NCBI GenBank assembly: GCA_973851085.1
Contig: OZ316776.1
Location: 13,702,001 to 13,766,000, forward strand
Direction: 5' to 3'
Source: Ptychomitrium polyphyllum
Taxonomy: Eukaryota
DNA: 64,000 bases
Position numbers and translations under genes: made by a program. Shown here in pieces: positions 1-13,109 of this stretch; the first letter of the stretch is position 1; every line of letters starts with the position of its first letter. The notes below the pieces were generated by a model. That model saw nothing but the letters and a program-made list of their open reading frames with translations. It did not search any database and was not told where the DNA came from.

Positions 1-1315
1 CTGGAGATGGTGTTTTGGATCAATAAAGGACTATTTTATTGAAGCCAGAGAATTTTCAATTGAAAGCAGCGATTATTATGACAACATCCCATCTTGATGA
101 AATTTGGAAGGCTTTAAAGAATGATGTCTTTGTCTCAAATATAAAAAAGCGCCTGAAAGACAATGGAGGTCCTTCAAATAGCGATGAAGACTTTGAATTC
201 TAAGAGGGCCTGTTTTATTATAAAGGACTTTTGTACCTACCTCCAGGCCTTTTGCGGTTGAAGATCCTTCAAGCACGTCATGATTTTTCAACAACAGGAT
301 ATTTTGGATTCAATAAAACAATGGAATTGATTGCTAAAGACTATTGGTGGTCACAAATGTGGAAGTACGTAAAGGACTTTGTTTAATCATGCGACACTTG
401 TGCAAGAACCAAGGTACCAAGACACCAACTTCATGGTCTCTTCCATCCGCTTCCAATGCCAAAGGGTCCATGGCTGTCTTTGTCAATGGATTTTATCACG
501 GACCTTCCAAACTCCGATTCTAAGAATTCTATTTTGGTAGTGGTATATCAATTTTCCAAAATGGCACATTTTATTCCATGCAATAAGACGGTAATGGGAG
601 AAGAAACTGCCAAGTTGTTCTTAAATCACGTCTACTGTATACATGGACTACCAAATGATATTATATCCGATTGAAGGCTGCAGTTCATTTCCAACTTTTG
701 GAGGGCTCTATTCCAGCTATTGCATGTAAAGATCAACCTTCTTTCAACATACCATCCGCAAACTGATGGTCAAACCAAACATGTGAATCAAATTTTGGAG
801 CAATACCTTTGTTGTAGCATAAACTACCAACAAGACAACTAGATGGACCTCTTGCCTTTGGCAGAATTTGCTTACAATAATACGATGCATTCTTCAAGAA
901 CTGAAAGTCCATTCTTTGCAAACTATGGCCATCATCCTCAAGCAGATCCATTTCAAATGAAGCATGTTGGAAGTCCTGCAGCAAAGGATTTTGCAATTCA
1001 ACTTGCTAAAATCCATCAAGAAATTACCTTTTAGTTACAACAAGCTCAAGATCGTTACAAAATTCATGCAAATTGCCAGCAAAAGGACCATCCAAAGTTC
1101 AAAGTTGGAAATAGCATATGGCTCTTGCGACGAAATATTCAAACAAAAAGACCATCAAAAAAGTTGGATTATCAAAGGTTGGGCCCGTTTGAAATCAGCA
1201 AACAGATAAATCCGGTTAGTTATCGCCTAAAGCATGCAAATTCATCTAGTATTCCACGAATTATTGTTGGAAACCTATAACAAATCATGTATACCAGAGA
1301 GAATCGTCCCTCCGC

Positions 1316-2828
1316 TGTCGTGGTGAAAGTGGTAGCTATAGAAAACACAAGGTTTTTTTTAGCATCTAATTGATCAAGGTCAAGATGCATGAAGAGTTTC
1401 TATTTCTAACACCTAATGAAGCAAACACCTTAACCCAAATTTTCTCTCTACGCTGCCTTGAAAATTCCAAATGCTAAATATGTTGTAACTTCTAGCAAAC
1501 TAATCCAAAGCACCTAAAATTTCAACAAAACCTTCTTGAAACATTCATTAGGCTATATGTAAATTTTGGTTGCCAAATCCTTAGTACCCTTTAAGATCCA
1601 TAACTTCAAAGTTTACATTCTTCATTATTACAGCTCCTATACTTCTATCACTTTACCACTTCATAACTCTTCTTTTATGATAAATTCAAATTTTGAATTC
1701 TGTGTACATGATACATATCTTATAATAAACACCTTGTAAAAATATCAACTTTAGAAAATCCTTCTATCATTTATAATGACCCAAATTGTACAACCCCAAA
1801 CTCTACTGTACACTGTCTTTTATGTCCCGGTTGCATTTGTCTTTGTGTCTTTTGCTCAAGAAGTCCAATGCTCACCAAATTTTGACACCATCTTTTCAAA
1901 GTAATCAAAACCTTTTTCTAAAAATTTCACTTATAAAAAACGTTTCCACAAGAAGTTACAAACATTCAAACTAGCTGCCCTCAAAAACTCAAGGCAGCTA
2001 ACTTAACTTTACTCAAACTAAAGCCACGATCACATACTAACTCCAAATGGAACGTGTGATGGCTTTCTAAAAAGCTTACAAAAAAAATAAAAATTCCAAC
2101 AAGAACCAACTCAAACTAAGAAATATACTATGAGATTTCACCCAAAGAAGGGCTGCCTTCTTATTCTAGTGGGAGAAGCCAAGAGAGAAGAAGAGGGCGG
2201 TGGTCAAACCGCCACATCCGCCCCTTATCTCTCCACATCAGCTATATCTCTCCACACTAGCCCCTAAACTCCTTTATCAAACCTTTATCTAACCATATCT
2301 TCAAATCTAAATTCCTTTCTTTTGCTTTTCTTTCTTTTGGTTGAAACTTCTAGGTTCCAACTACAAAGAAGATAAAATCAACCCTCACAAGTCTAAAATA
2401 GAAACTAAAAAAACTAAAATAAATTAAAGAAAGTAGGAAAAAGATTGAAATTCAACAAGAAACAAGTTAAGAATAAAACCATTGTCGAGGTAGGTTTAGA
2501 CACCAAATCATGAACTTGGTTGACTGAATAAGTTTCAGCTGCTGAACCGGTCCAAGTTCGATTCTTGTCAAATTCGTTGAGTAGACCGGCAGCACTTGGC
2601 TTGGTACTGCTAGCAAAAACGGCATGTAGGAAAAATTATAGTCAACCTGTCTAATCACCCTGAGCTAAGACAAGATGCGGTTCCACCTCTAAAATAAACA
2701 AAAATTGTGATTTCACCACGACCTTTATTTTAATCTAATTATTTCTTTTTCCTAATACTCTTTTCCAAATACACCAAACAGCAAATATTACTCAAGTTTT
2801 AAACTATACAATTAATTACATCACAACA
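1316..2828. mobile_element. 1513-bp non-coding TG..CA insertion (probable solo LTR) in the integrase-chromodomain linker of element A, copy 1
   Basis: Ends TGTCGTGGTG...CATCACAACA (imperfect inverted repeat), flanked by CCGC/CCGC. Removing the insert plus 4 bp restores ERIVPPPPPLKINNE, colinear with element B at ~23640. Confidence 0.85.
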
Positions 2829-3728
2829 CCGCCTCCTCCGCTGAAAATCAATAATGAAATTGAATATGAAGTGGAAAAGATCTTAGATTCATGCATCAAA
2901 AATGGACGTGTGGAGTACTTAATACATTAGCAAGGATATGGCATCAGTGACCAAAAATTGGAACCTTCAACGAATGTAACAAATGCATCCGACAAGGTAC
3001 ACAAATTTCATCAAAGATATCTTCAGAAACCAGGTCAGTGATGATGTGTCATCAGTAGCCGTTAGCTTCATAGAGAAGTTTTTTCTTCATAGACAAGTAT
3101 AAGAAGGAAGGAGAGATATCCAAACCTCCAATTGTATGCAGCATTATTTCCAAGATAGATCATTTCCAGATCCTAGCTAGGATGTCAAATCTTTGTGTTA
3201 TCATAAATATGCGTGAAGAGTAGTCGGCCATGCTTTCATCAACAACAGCATCTGTTGAGCCAACTCAACTTTCTCAGCCCTCGGTAACGGAGGATCTAAG
3301 CCAAGATATGAGAGGGACATTCCAATGTCGAGTACGACCTCGTGCAGAAGTATTGGCTAGTCGCCCTTCACATTCCAGTCTTGATTCAGATGCTTGCGCT
3401 CTAGTCATCTTGTTAGAAATTGGAAGAGCCACTTCTAAAAGACCCAAGATCTTGTTTGGAGGATGTTTTGAAGGACTTAATCAAGATCAGATCTTGGGAT
3501 GGGACATTTCAACAACAAAAGTCTTGGCTGGTGGTCATCGACGCTTCTTGCAAGGACCAATTGAACCAGTGGATAAATAACAACAAGCAGAATATGTTGC
3601 TTCACTCCTTCGACGAATTTTGGAATTTGTAAAAATATAACAAGCAAGCCAAGAAAAAAATTCCTCGTGGGACTTGTTGCTAAATGGGGAGGTGATGTCA
3701 CGGACATAGATCATGCAACATAGTCCTT

Positions 3729-3748
3729 AGAATATTCTAGAACCTTCT
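3729..3748 (+). promoter_or_regulatory. Perfect 4-unit heat-shock element in the LTR U3 region (also 32879-32898 and 41491-41510)
   Basis: aGAAtaTTCtaGAAccTTCt; the 5' LTR reads aGAAcaTTCtaGAAtcTTCt. Both match nGAAn-nTTCn-nGAAn-nTTCn. Confidence 0.6.
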
Positions 3749-3807
3749 AGTATACTATAATAGCTTCTTAGAATACTTTTAAATGTCTCCATAGCCTTTC
3801 CATGTTC

Positions 3808-4010
3808 TTAGGAAGCTTCCTAGGAAAGTTCCTCCACCTTAGAAAACTTCCTAGGAAGGTTCCATCATCTTAGGAAACTTTTTAAGAAACTTCCTAAGAA
3901 AGTTCCACTACCTTAGGAAACTTCCAAGGAAGGTTCCAACTCCTTGGAAGCTTCTTGGGAAGATTCCAACATCTTAGGAAACTTCTTAGGAAGGTTCCTT
4001 AAACTTCCAA
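3808..4010 (+). repeat. ~31-bp imperfect tandem array in the element A LTR (about 6 units)
   Basis: Recurring CTTAGGAAACTTCCTAGGAAGGTTCCACCAT-like units. Also at ~32957-33150 and ~41570-41772. Confidence 0.85.
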
Positions 4011-5986
4011 AACATTCTTAAGCCTTGTAGGAAGCTTCTTTAGAAGTATGCTCGGAGATACAAATGTCATAGTATAAATAAGAGGCAAGATAAGGTATTC
4101 CTTAGTCTTGCCAACACAAGTTGTGGATCATCTTGAATCTTGCCTTGTTCTAATCTTTGTATCAAATTTTTGTTAATCATTAGCTCTTTGGAAGCTAATT
4201 CTTTGGAATACACTTTGTTTCTGCTTCTTGTTTCTTGTGTTTTTAGCAACTACTTCTTTTTAATTTAATCCCTTGCTAATGTAATTGTTGTTCTACTTTT
4301 TGATTGATTGTTGTTTTTTCTTTTGTATTCCACTACCTGTTATTCTACTTCCTCACTTTTATTATTCTTGCTCCAACAACCCTGCTGCTGCTAATTTCCT
4401 ATTTTCTTTCTTCTTTTGTAAGAAAATTCTTGTATAAATCTCTTTCTATTAAATATTGTTTTTCTTTGTATTCATGTTATTACTTACTTCTCTTCTATTT
4501 TTAACAAACCTACTTGTTATTTTCTCATTCCTTCAAAGTAATTCTTCCTCCAAGATTTTCTTCTAAAAGGCCCTAGTCTTGAAAAGACCTCTCTCCACTA
4601 TTAACCTTATTCCTTGTAATTCTAATTTTCTAAAATCTTATTCTTCCAAGTTCCTTTTTCAAAATACTCTACCTTCTTATTAAATACTCTCCGTCAAATA
4701 TTGGTAGAAGTAATAGGTAAATTCAAAAGTGGGTTTGAATTTAGAAATTATTTAAATTCAATATTTAAATTCAATATTTAAACTCAATATTTGGTCTAAA
4801 AAAATTACTATTCAAAAAAAAACTAATAGACCACATTGTATTGTTATTTTAAGTAATTGCATGATGGTTTACGTTTTTGGAATTTAGAGCTTAGGATTTT
4901 AGTATCAACTTCCAAATGATTTGATGGTTGTGGTTTTCCTTCGACCTTCTTCTATAATTTTTTCAAAAATTCACAAAAGAACAAGAATATATGGAGTAGA
5001 AAGTAGGATGTTTAGATATTTAAGTTGATATAAAAATATGGAATTATAATGTGAAACTTGTAAATATAAGCATTTAAAATGAATATGGAAATATAAGAAT
5101 ACTTTGTATGGATTTAGTTTGCAAGAGTGTACTTAAAAGGTGTTGAAATGCACTATGTACATATGTTTGAAATATTTATTTTAAATATTAAATTGGCAAA
5201 ATTTGGATCCTACATGTTTTGTTCACTTTGTATTATTAATGAATGGTTTTACTATAAAATATGATATGTGTAAGTTAAGTGAGGTTTTGTACTAAAATAC
5301 AAAATTAGAAGCTTAATGCTTGTTAAAATAATAGTTGTGGAGCATTGAACTAAATGAAGTTGAATATATTACATCTGAAGCATCTTTATGGAATAGAAGC
5401 TACAGCTAATTGAAATGGATATTTATATAAGGAAAAAAAACTAAAAGAAACAAAAGAGTCTTAACATAGTTCAAAAAAAACCTTATGTTCATTAGACAAA
5501 GTTCACACATTTTAATACAGTTTGTGTTTGTCTTCAATATTTATTAACAATTCTATAAATATAAATTTGATTATAATATATCACTTGTAATTTCAAAAAG
5601 AGAATTTTGGTATTTTATTTATTTTATTTTTATATATTTTGGTAATTCTTTACTTTATAAATTTCTATATTTGAATTTATTTCAAATAACCACACATTGT
5701 GTTCTTTATCTTCCTTAATTTAGCCACTTAATTGAAAGAACTAGAAATTATAAAATAATCCTATGTTAAAGTTATCACTTGTAAGATTTGCCCTTGATAG
5801 GTTGTCAATGGTTGAAGGAATAGCAGAAAATAGATCATATAGAATAGTAGCAATTAGGATTTAAAAAAGGCGGCTAAAATTTGTGTGGCAGTTAGGAGTT
5901 ACAATGGCGGTTACTACTTGGCTGGCAAGGAGGATTAGATGGCGGTTGAGGTTGGTAGACCTCAATGTCCATTGAAGTATTCTATT

Positions 5987-6008
5987 TATATATATATATA
6001 TATATATA
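5987..6008. repeat. (TA)11 microsatellite; (TA)12 in copy 2 at 43749-43772
   Basis: Direct reading; accounts for the offset change from 37762 to 37764. Confidence 0.9.
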
Positions 6009-7948
6009 TTTCAATGTGTTGCAAGTAAGGATCATCTTGCTCTATATTTCTCTTCTTGGAACTTTGCTTGCTTCTTGCTTTTTATATAGTTTTGTTGCAT
6101 TTTTCAATACACTTAAGTTTATTTATGTAGTGCCATAATATTTGATCATGAATGAAGATTTTTATTCCAAGTCAAGGTATTGATATATTCATATTGAAAA
6201 CTTATAAATATAGTTACTTAACAAATACATATTTGTAAAGCTATAGCCTTGTATAAATTAGTTTCATGGGCCAAAATTTAAAAAAATAAAGAACCAATAT
6301 GTAGTATTTTTACTTATAGAATTATATATTTAGAGAATCAAATTATTTCTTCTTAAAAAGATGTTCATAGGATTATTGAAGAATGTTATGATTTATCAAC
6401 AAATATTATTATGTCCTACAATCAATGTTTATTAATGATACTATTTACAATATGCTTTAAAGTGGCATTGTAAGATGCTGCTCTAAAGAAAAATTTAATA
6501 GAGTTATCCATTAAGTTTTTTAAAAAAAAGAAAGTTTAAGTAAACACATTTTGAAACTCAAATTTTATTCAAAAACAAACAAAAACATATTTTAGAAGGT
6601 GACTTGATAGACCAATGAGGAATTTTTGTAATATTTGGGTTTGTTTGGAGAGCCTTAAGGTTAGGACCTCCTCAAAGCAAGCCAAGTTTTCCCAAACCAA
6701 CTCTTCATTTGCCTTAGGCATCCAAAGTTCTCCTAATCATTCTTGTAAATTGGGATTACACTAATACTTATATTATGAATTGTTGGAACTATTATTTATA
6801 AGGAAAATACACTTTTAAAAATACAAGGTGAGGAAGTTCTACTTTTTGAACAATTCTACTGTATAAGATGGTATTAAATTGGGAGAGGGATTGATTTGAC
6901 AATGACAGAAGCCCAAAGATAGCCAATAGGTCCACCATTTAACATACAGCGTAGCTCATCACTCAGTGGTCACTGGCTGCTTCTACTTCCACTTTATTCC
7001 ATATCCATAAGAAATTGCTTTTTTGAGCTGAACTTCAGATTTTCTGAACCATCACAATTAGTAGATGCAAAAATCTGATCATGATTTGCACAAACAGAAA
7101 TCTTCCAATAGATTAATGTACAGGCATCATTACATACACACAATCCCGTAAGAAAGAAAGGGTGATAACTAATGACAGAAAGAAAGTTCTAGAGTGTCAG
7201 TGGTTATGTGCTCATTCTCACAATGGTGAGGAGCACAGAACTATGGTCATTCTCTTGGGGTCCTGGATGATTACACTAAGGAGAGGATTTATGTTTAACT
7301 GGGACCTCTAAAGATTTCTGTGGGATAAAATAACCATTTCACTGTACAGCATTGCACCTGATTATTGAACATGTGCTTGATGCTTATTAGTTTTTCCATA
7401 GAAAGAAAGTGGGAATGGGTTTGCTTTTCTTAGTAGCAGAATTTACTGATTTCAAGGCCACTTGTTACATTTTTTCAAATCATTTCAAATGCATCTGGTT
7501 GGTGAAGCTTGACAAGCATTCTGGGAATTGGACAAATTCATTATTAGAGGCCACAATCTCTGAAAATGGAGGATGACAGCTTATCAATCTCCAAATGTAT
7601 CCATCACATAATAGGAACAAGTTTATGTTTATACAAAGCTTGCACAGGACAGTGATCAATTAAGAATTTGATAAAACCCATACTGATCACTACAGTCAAA
7701 TTTTTATTTGTACCAAAAAAAACTGATATCTACAATTCAAAATGTGTATGCATTTTTGACAATTGGTGTGTGAATACTGGTAGCATACCAGATGAGAATG
7801 TCATGATGAACTGCATGCTTCTTATATCTAATTTATCAAAAATGCAGGTGTTTGAAATGCCTCACAGATCTTCAATGTATGGAATAGTTACTGCAAAATA
7901 ACATTACTATGAGATGGATTGGTTTTTATGAATGAACAACATCTACTA

Positions 7949-10900
7949 TCAGACACGCATGACTGCATGAAGTATGATATCAGATGCTATCTTTGCTTCT
8001 TGCAGCTGCTCCTTACGTTCCTTGTGCAATCTGTCTGTCCAATATATGTTACATCTACCATACAGAACAAGAAACCCAATCAATGATAGAAATCTTCCAA
8101 CTTGCACATGTAACATGCCCCTTTCACTGCTAAAATGCTACAATAGCTTAGTGTCAAAATACCTAGTTGAAAATACTCTGATATGACTGATATGAAAAAT
8201 ATAACCAAGTTAAAGTTTTAGTGAGAATGCAATATCATGTTCTAATGAAGGACATAACATATTTAAGGTGTTTTCGAGCTAGAGTGCACTAAATGGTACA
8301 AGTAGTGATCTTTAGTACATCATAGAATATGACATATATAGAGCATATGATATGTGATATGCCACTATATACATATGTCATGATATATTTCATATAATAT
8401 AATGTACAAACATTATCATTTCTTAAACCAAATTACAAAAAAAGAGTAGAAACAAAACCATATAAATTTTAGTTAAATCCATAAAAGACTATTTTTTTTA
8501 AAAACAATGTAATAAATTAGAGTGTAAGCACTATAATATCTCATTTTTCACTTTGAAATCTTCACTTGCTAACATATAACCTTCAAATTTGGTTGAAAAG
8601 AGTTTTGTACCTTTTAGAAAAAAATGTAGTTGTTTAAGATTTAAACATTTTCCAAAAAAAAATCCACAAAAACGTGTTTTCAATTTACATTCTACAAACT
8701 AATTGGTTCTAAAAGCATTCACTTGAGAGACAATTTTGGAAAATAGTAGACATTATAGTGTTACTTTTTCTTAAAACTCTTAAATATAATAGCAAATTTT
8801 GAACATAAAAACACTCCACAAAAACATGTGGATACATATTGGAAATTCAAACTTAAGTCCCAAATTTTATGCACATTCTATTTTTTCTAGAGTTGTCAAA
8901 CTTTCAAAAAATGCCTTGGTTATCTTTGTTGAAGTGCAGAGCCATACCTGTTGTGAACCAATGTGGCAAGTTCCTTTAGCCTTACAGCATTGAGATACAC
9001 TCCCACCTACAAGCAATATAACAAATTCACATGACGTCTTGAGAGGCATGCAGTTAGGGATAGAAAACCTCTTTGTCTCAGATTGCATCCAAGCAGCCTG
9101 TGGCTGACAAATATATATTTTGATGTTGATTTAAATACATGTCATACAGCATTCAGCAACCACATCAAAATCAAACAACTTGGGCTTCATAATTTTCTTA
9201 CTTTTCTGCACAAAGGACACTTGGCATTAAAAGCAGCAGATCGAGGACCTTCATATGCCAGAACAGAGGCAGCTGCACATATACAGCTATTGCAGAATAC
9301 ATGCCCGCATCCTAATGCAACTGGATCAAAGACCATATCCTGGAAAATCAACCAAGTGGAAGTTATCAGAAAACATCTGCCGACAAAAGTACAGGAGGAG
9401 GTTTTTATATAATAAAACGGAATTAAATAGAATGAAAAAAAGGAACTAGAGAAAACAAATAGTGTGCCAATCCCTTAAGACTGATCAGATGACGGAAGCT
9501 CCCCTTACAAGGCAGATTGAGCAATTGAGTACGAACTCGAGTCTTGCTGATTCCAGAACTGTACAGGACAGAGTGGGAGTGTCACTCTCAAAGTCGCATG
9601 AAGGCTCTCCAAGGCCATAACTGATTGGAGATGGTATTGCTCGAGAGTCTGCTAAATTGAGGTAAAGTGCAGACAACTCTATAAACCAGGGGGACTGTAA
9701 GAGCTCCCCACGCAAGGCCAACAGACGCTTCCTGAAGGCACCTCCGTTGATATTCGATTGGTGAACCTGCAGAAGTAATATTCTACCTCATTATTGCGAG
9801 TGATTATCATCCACAAAAGTAGTTTTCATATTTCGGAAATAGGAAGTCTGCAGCAACAATCACGTGCAAAACAGTATCTACCATCACCTGTCATTCAAGA
9901 GCAAAAAAATTGCACTGAAGGCCACAAAGACGTTCAAGGTTAATAGACTTCTTGCTTCAAAATGATACTACCTTCACTAGAACAGACGCCACGTCAACTG
10001 GTAAGGACATACATGATCGGAGTACTCCAACAAACTAATTCACACATGAGTCTTACAATATACCTTGTCATACTTTTTTAGAATTTTGCGTACAGCAGTA
10101 GCGTTCAAAAATGCATAGCTCACTAAATATCGCCCTTGCTGGATCATAGCTGCCTGATCAAGTTTGCTATACTTCAGGTGAAGTAAGAACTTGCGGAATC
10201 CTGATGCAAGGTGCAGTTGCAGCAACTCCTGAGCACGAGTATTGAAACAGCCTACCACCTCCGCAAGCTCCTCCACCAGTTCACCAAAAAACTTGGCGTC
10301 ACAACCTACACGTATACAAGGTAAGCCGAAAAGAATATAGTATGTATAGCACCGTATTTTCATCCATGATAGTAGCTGCATGTGTTTATCTAAGATGCAC
10401 ATAAAAAAGTTTTTCAGTATCTTCACATTATCATCGTCAAGTAAAATAATGTAGACTGCTCGTTGGGAGTGAAGAAACCATGTTACTTATCCTGAAATTT
10501 ACAGGTTAAAAAACCGAGACGACATTCAAATAATGTTAGAATTATCAAAACAAACCGATTTAGAAAGTGCCTATCAGGACACACCACAACCTTAGTCAAA
10601 AGAAATTCGATTGCGCCGGGCTGAAGGAAAAAGAAATTTCGGACAAGATTTGAAACCCAAGAATAGCACGAACCTGGACAAGACAAGGACACCTCCTGCG
10701 TAGTGCGCAGAGTGAACCCGTCCGCCTCTGTTTCTTCATCGTGGGATCCGTTACATGGCAAGTGGTCGTCGCCCAACAAATTAGTCGACGAGCTTAGAGA
10801 CGAAGAGATTGGTAAATAAGCCTGGCGGCACGGTTTGTGATGGAGAGGGCAACTCTTGAGCACTTTCTTTAGATGCTTGAATTCCACATATGAGCATCCC

Positions 10901-10959
10901 AGAAGATGGCTGTGGATCTCGCGCTCAATATACTCTGTGTACGTCTTCCCGAACTTCAT
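7949..10959 (-). CDS. NLA: SPX-RING E3 ubiquitin ligase (NLA/BAH1-like), copy 1. Exons 10959-10674, 10305-10064, 9766-9509, 9339-9202, 9006-8948, 8054-7949; 362 aa
   Basis: SPX motifs MKFGKTY..YVEFKHLKKVLK and LNATAVRKILKKYDKVH. C3HC4 RING [24 protein letters not shown]...CPLCR. All introns GT-AG; spliced length 1089 nt, open frame. Confidence 0.93.
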
Positions 10960-13109
10960 CAGGATGCCTTGAATGTTGTCGATGTCGCAAGCGTCGAAAG
11001 GACGAATTTCTGTGCCTGAATTGATTCAAACACCGTGCAGCTCCCGTCTTGGACATAAAATCCCCAGCTCTTCTGCGCAGCACAGCACAAAGAATGAGGT
11101 CGTTTAGTTGGGCATCCACCGAAGTCGAGCTGTCCCAGCACACAATCATTCATTGACGTAACTTACATGAGCATATGAACGGCCACTTCTCTTACGAAGT
11201 ACATTAAACCAACAGAAGCTTCCACGAGGATGCTCGTAAACCTGCAAACCATCGCCCAGTGGCCGCCAGCTTTGGTTAACAGAAAGCTCTTGATCAAGAG
11301 ATCGAAGTGCTCAATCGCTTTGAGAAGAAAAACAGAAGTAAGTAAAAATAAGGAAGGCATGCAAACGGAGCAGGAGGGGATTTCCGTAAAGGGCTAACTT
11401 GAACGAACGAACGAACGAACTCTGCTTGTGAGAAGTAAAAGTAGTAGCTTAATAGTTGGTAGTTGTGATACCTCTAAAACCCTGATGTAGTCCTGTCACT
11501 ACATATGATCATAAGTGACGACGATGGGATGATTTTGGACGCTTACCTGACAGACGTACGATATATATACCTATGCATGAAAGCGAGGTTGGGGAACGAG
11601 AGAGGAACAAGAGATGCAAGGCAAGACTTACTGGACCGACCAGCGTGGTTGAGTAGAAGGGAAGCAGTCATTCCAGAAAAGTTGCAACTGGGGACCGTGA
11701 TACCGTGGAGGCTGCCGCGGAAAGAAAGCGAGAATATTCACTGCATCTGGAGGTAACAGTGCGCGCGAGTCACTGCACTGGCACACCAAGAATCATCCGG
11801 AGGTCCCTACTGCAAGTTGGGTAATATAATTGGTTTCGCCATCTGAGGACTGGATGGAGAGAGTCAAGGGGAAAACAGATTGATTGCAAGGCACTTTCTC
11901 AAGTCGACTCCGAATGTGCACTTGTGAACTGCGTGTCTTATGTGGCGAGATGATCCCTAATCCTTGTTCCTTGTTCGTTCTAATCGTAATATCTAATCAT
12001 GGTTAGGTTGTTACGATGCCAGAAAGTTAGGAGCGGGTTACGAGATGCAGCTGGGGTACTCTGGATTGTGGAGAGTTGTCATTGGTCTCAATTCCTCTCT
12101 TTCTTGGGGTGTAATAGGGAGTAATTCTTGCTTGATGGTGGCCTCCTATAAGGCTACAACTTAATATGCACCTTTGGTTAGTGGGCTACAGTAAGTTCTG
12201 GGCAACGTGCAGCACAACTTAGTACTATAGAAGCCAATTGTGCAACGTTGCTGTTAGGAGCCAAGCTCCTCACGGAAGCATCAGAAGTTCATCAATTCTG
12301 CTGCTCACCATAGTTGTACCTTCACTGTTCCAGACAGACAGTGACGCTTGTCAGTAAGCTGTCACTGAAACCCAATCCACTAAGTTGGTCCTACTTATAT
12401 CTGCTTCTCTTCTCTTTTCAAATAACAACAATGATTGTAGAGTTGCTTCTCACTAGTACTGATGCACTCCTCTAAGCCCTTTTTTGCACTCCCCTGACTT
12501 CTAATGCCCGCCCATAGCCTTGGGATGCAATTATCACTAATTCAAGTCATCGCTCCATCGGCCTAAACGGAAGCTTGCACATCCACCAAAGCTGCCTTAT
12601 CACCACTTGGTTTAATTCAGTTTAGGGACCCTCACCCCAATGTCCCTCAGCTTTCACATTTCCCTTGATGTAGTACTCAAAACTACTACTACTGCAACGG
12701 CATAATCTTGTCCTCTCTGTCAACCAGGTATAGGATCCTCGTCGTCCAAAACCTCATACATCCAAAGAGGAGGCAACACACTTACTGCCCACGATATTCA
12801 ACTCTGCCGAAGGTTGCTCAACAAAAGCACTTCTCTGCATGGAAAACAATCATAAACGGACTCTTTCTCGTTGCTAATTGAAACTATGATACAGGAAGAG
12901 CAAATTATCTGACTCCCAAAATCCAGACAGGCTATCTGTTCAATGTGAAGTGTCTCGATCACCTACGCAACAGTTCTGGGCTGCATCACAAAGCTCCTCC
13001 ACGCTGGACAAGCTCAAAAACTAATCTTCCCCAAACCCGGCTGGAAGGTTTTCGACCGCTGAATCCTACACCAGTAATAGGATTCGACTACAAAACCCTA
13101 ATGACATGC

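Larger units (their letters stand above)
1..4248 (+). mobile_element. 3' half of Ty3/gypsy chromovirus A (duplicated copy): decayed integrase, chromodomain, PPT and 3' LTR (3696-4248)
   Basis: Integrase motifs [43 protein letters not shown]. Chromodomain EYEVEKILDS..VEYLIH*QGYG at ~2862-3030. PPT AAATGGGGAGGTGA, then TGTCACGG...TTAGCA. Confidence 0.95.

Noticed and set aside
3040..3685. In-frame extension of pol past the chromodomain (includes ORF 3420-3632)
   Set aside because: About 13 stops in ~215 codons, far more than in the decayed pol itself; the alternative frame 3182-3640 fits better.
3808..4010. Regularly spaced palindromic repeats resembling a CRISPR array
   Set aside because: No unique spacers; they lie inside a retrotransposon LTR in eukaryotic DNA with no cas genes.
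4750..6900. Very AT-rich block with a 13-bp triple repeat (~4751-4792); possibly a decayed transposon
   Set aside because: No termini, TSD or protein motif that I can support.
8325..8385. Imperfect AT-rich palindrome in the last SPX-RING intron
   Set aside because: Low-complexity sequence; no MITE termini or TSD identified.
12339..12367. Short hairpin CAGTGAC-GCTT...AAGC-T-GTCACTG between the two genes
   Set aside because: Too short for a miRNA precursor and compatible with chance.
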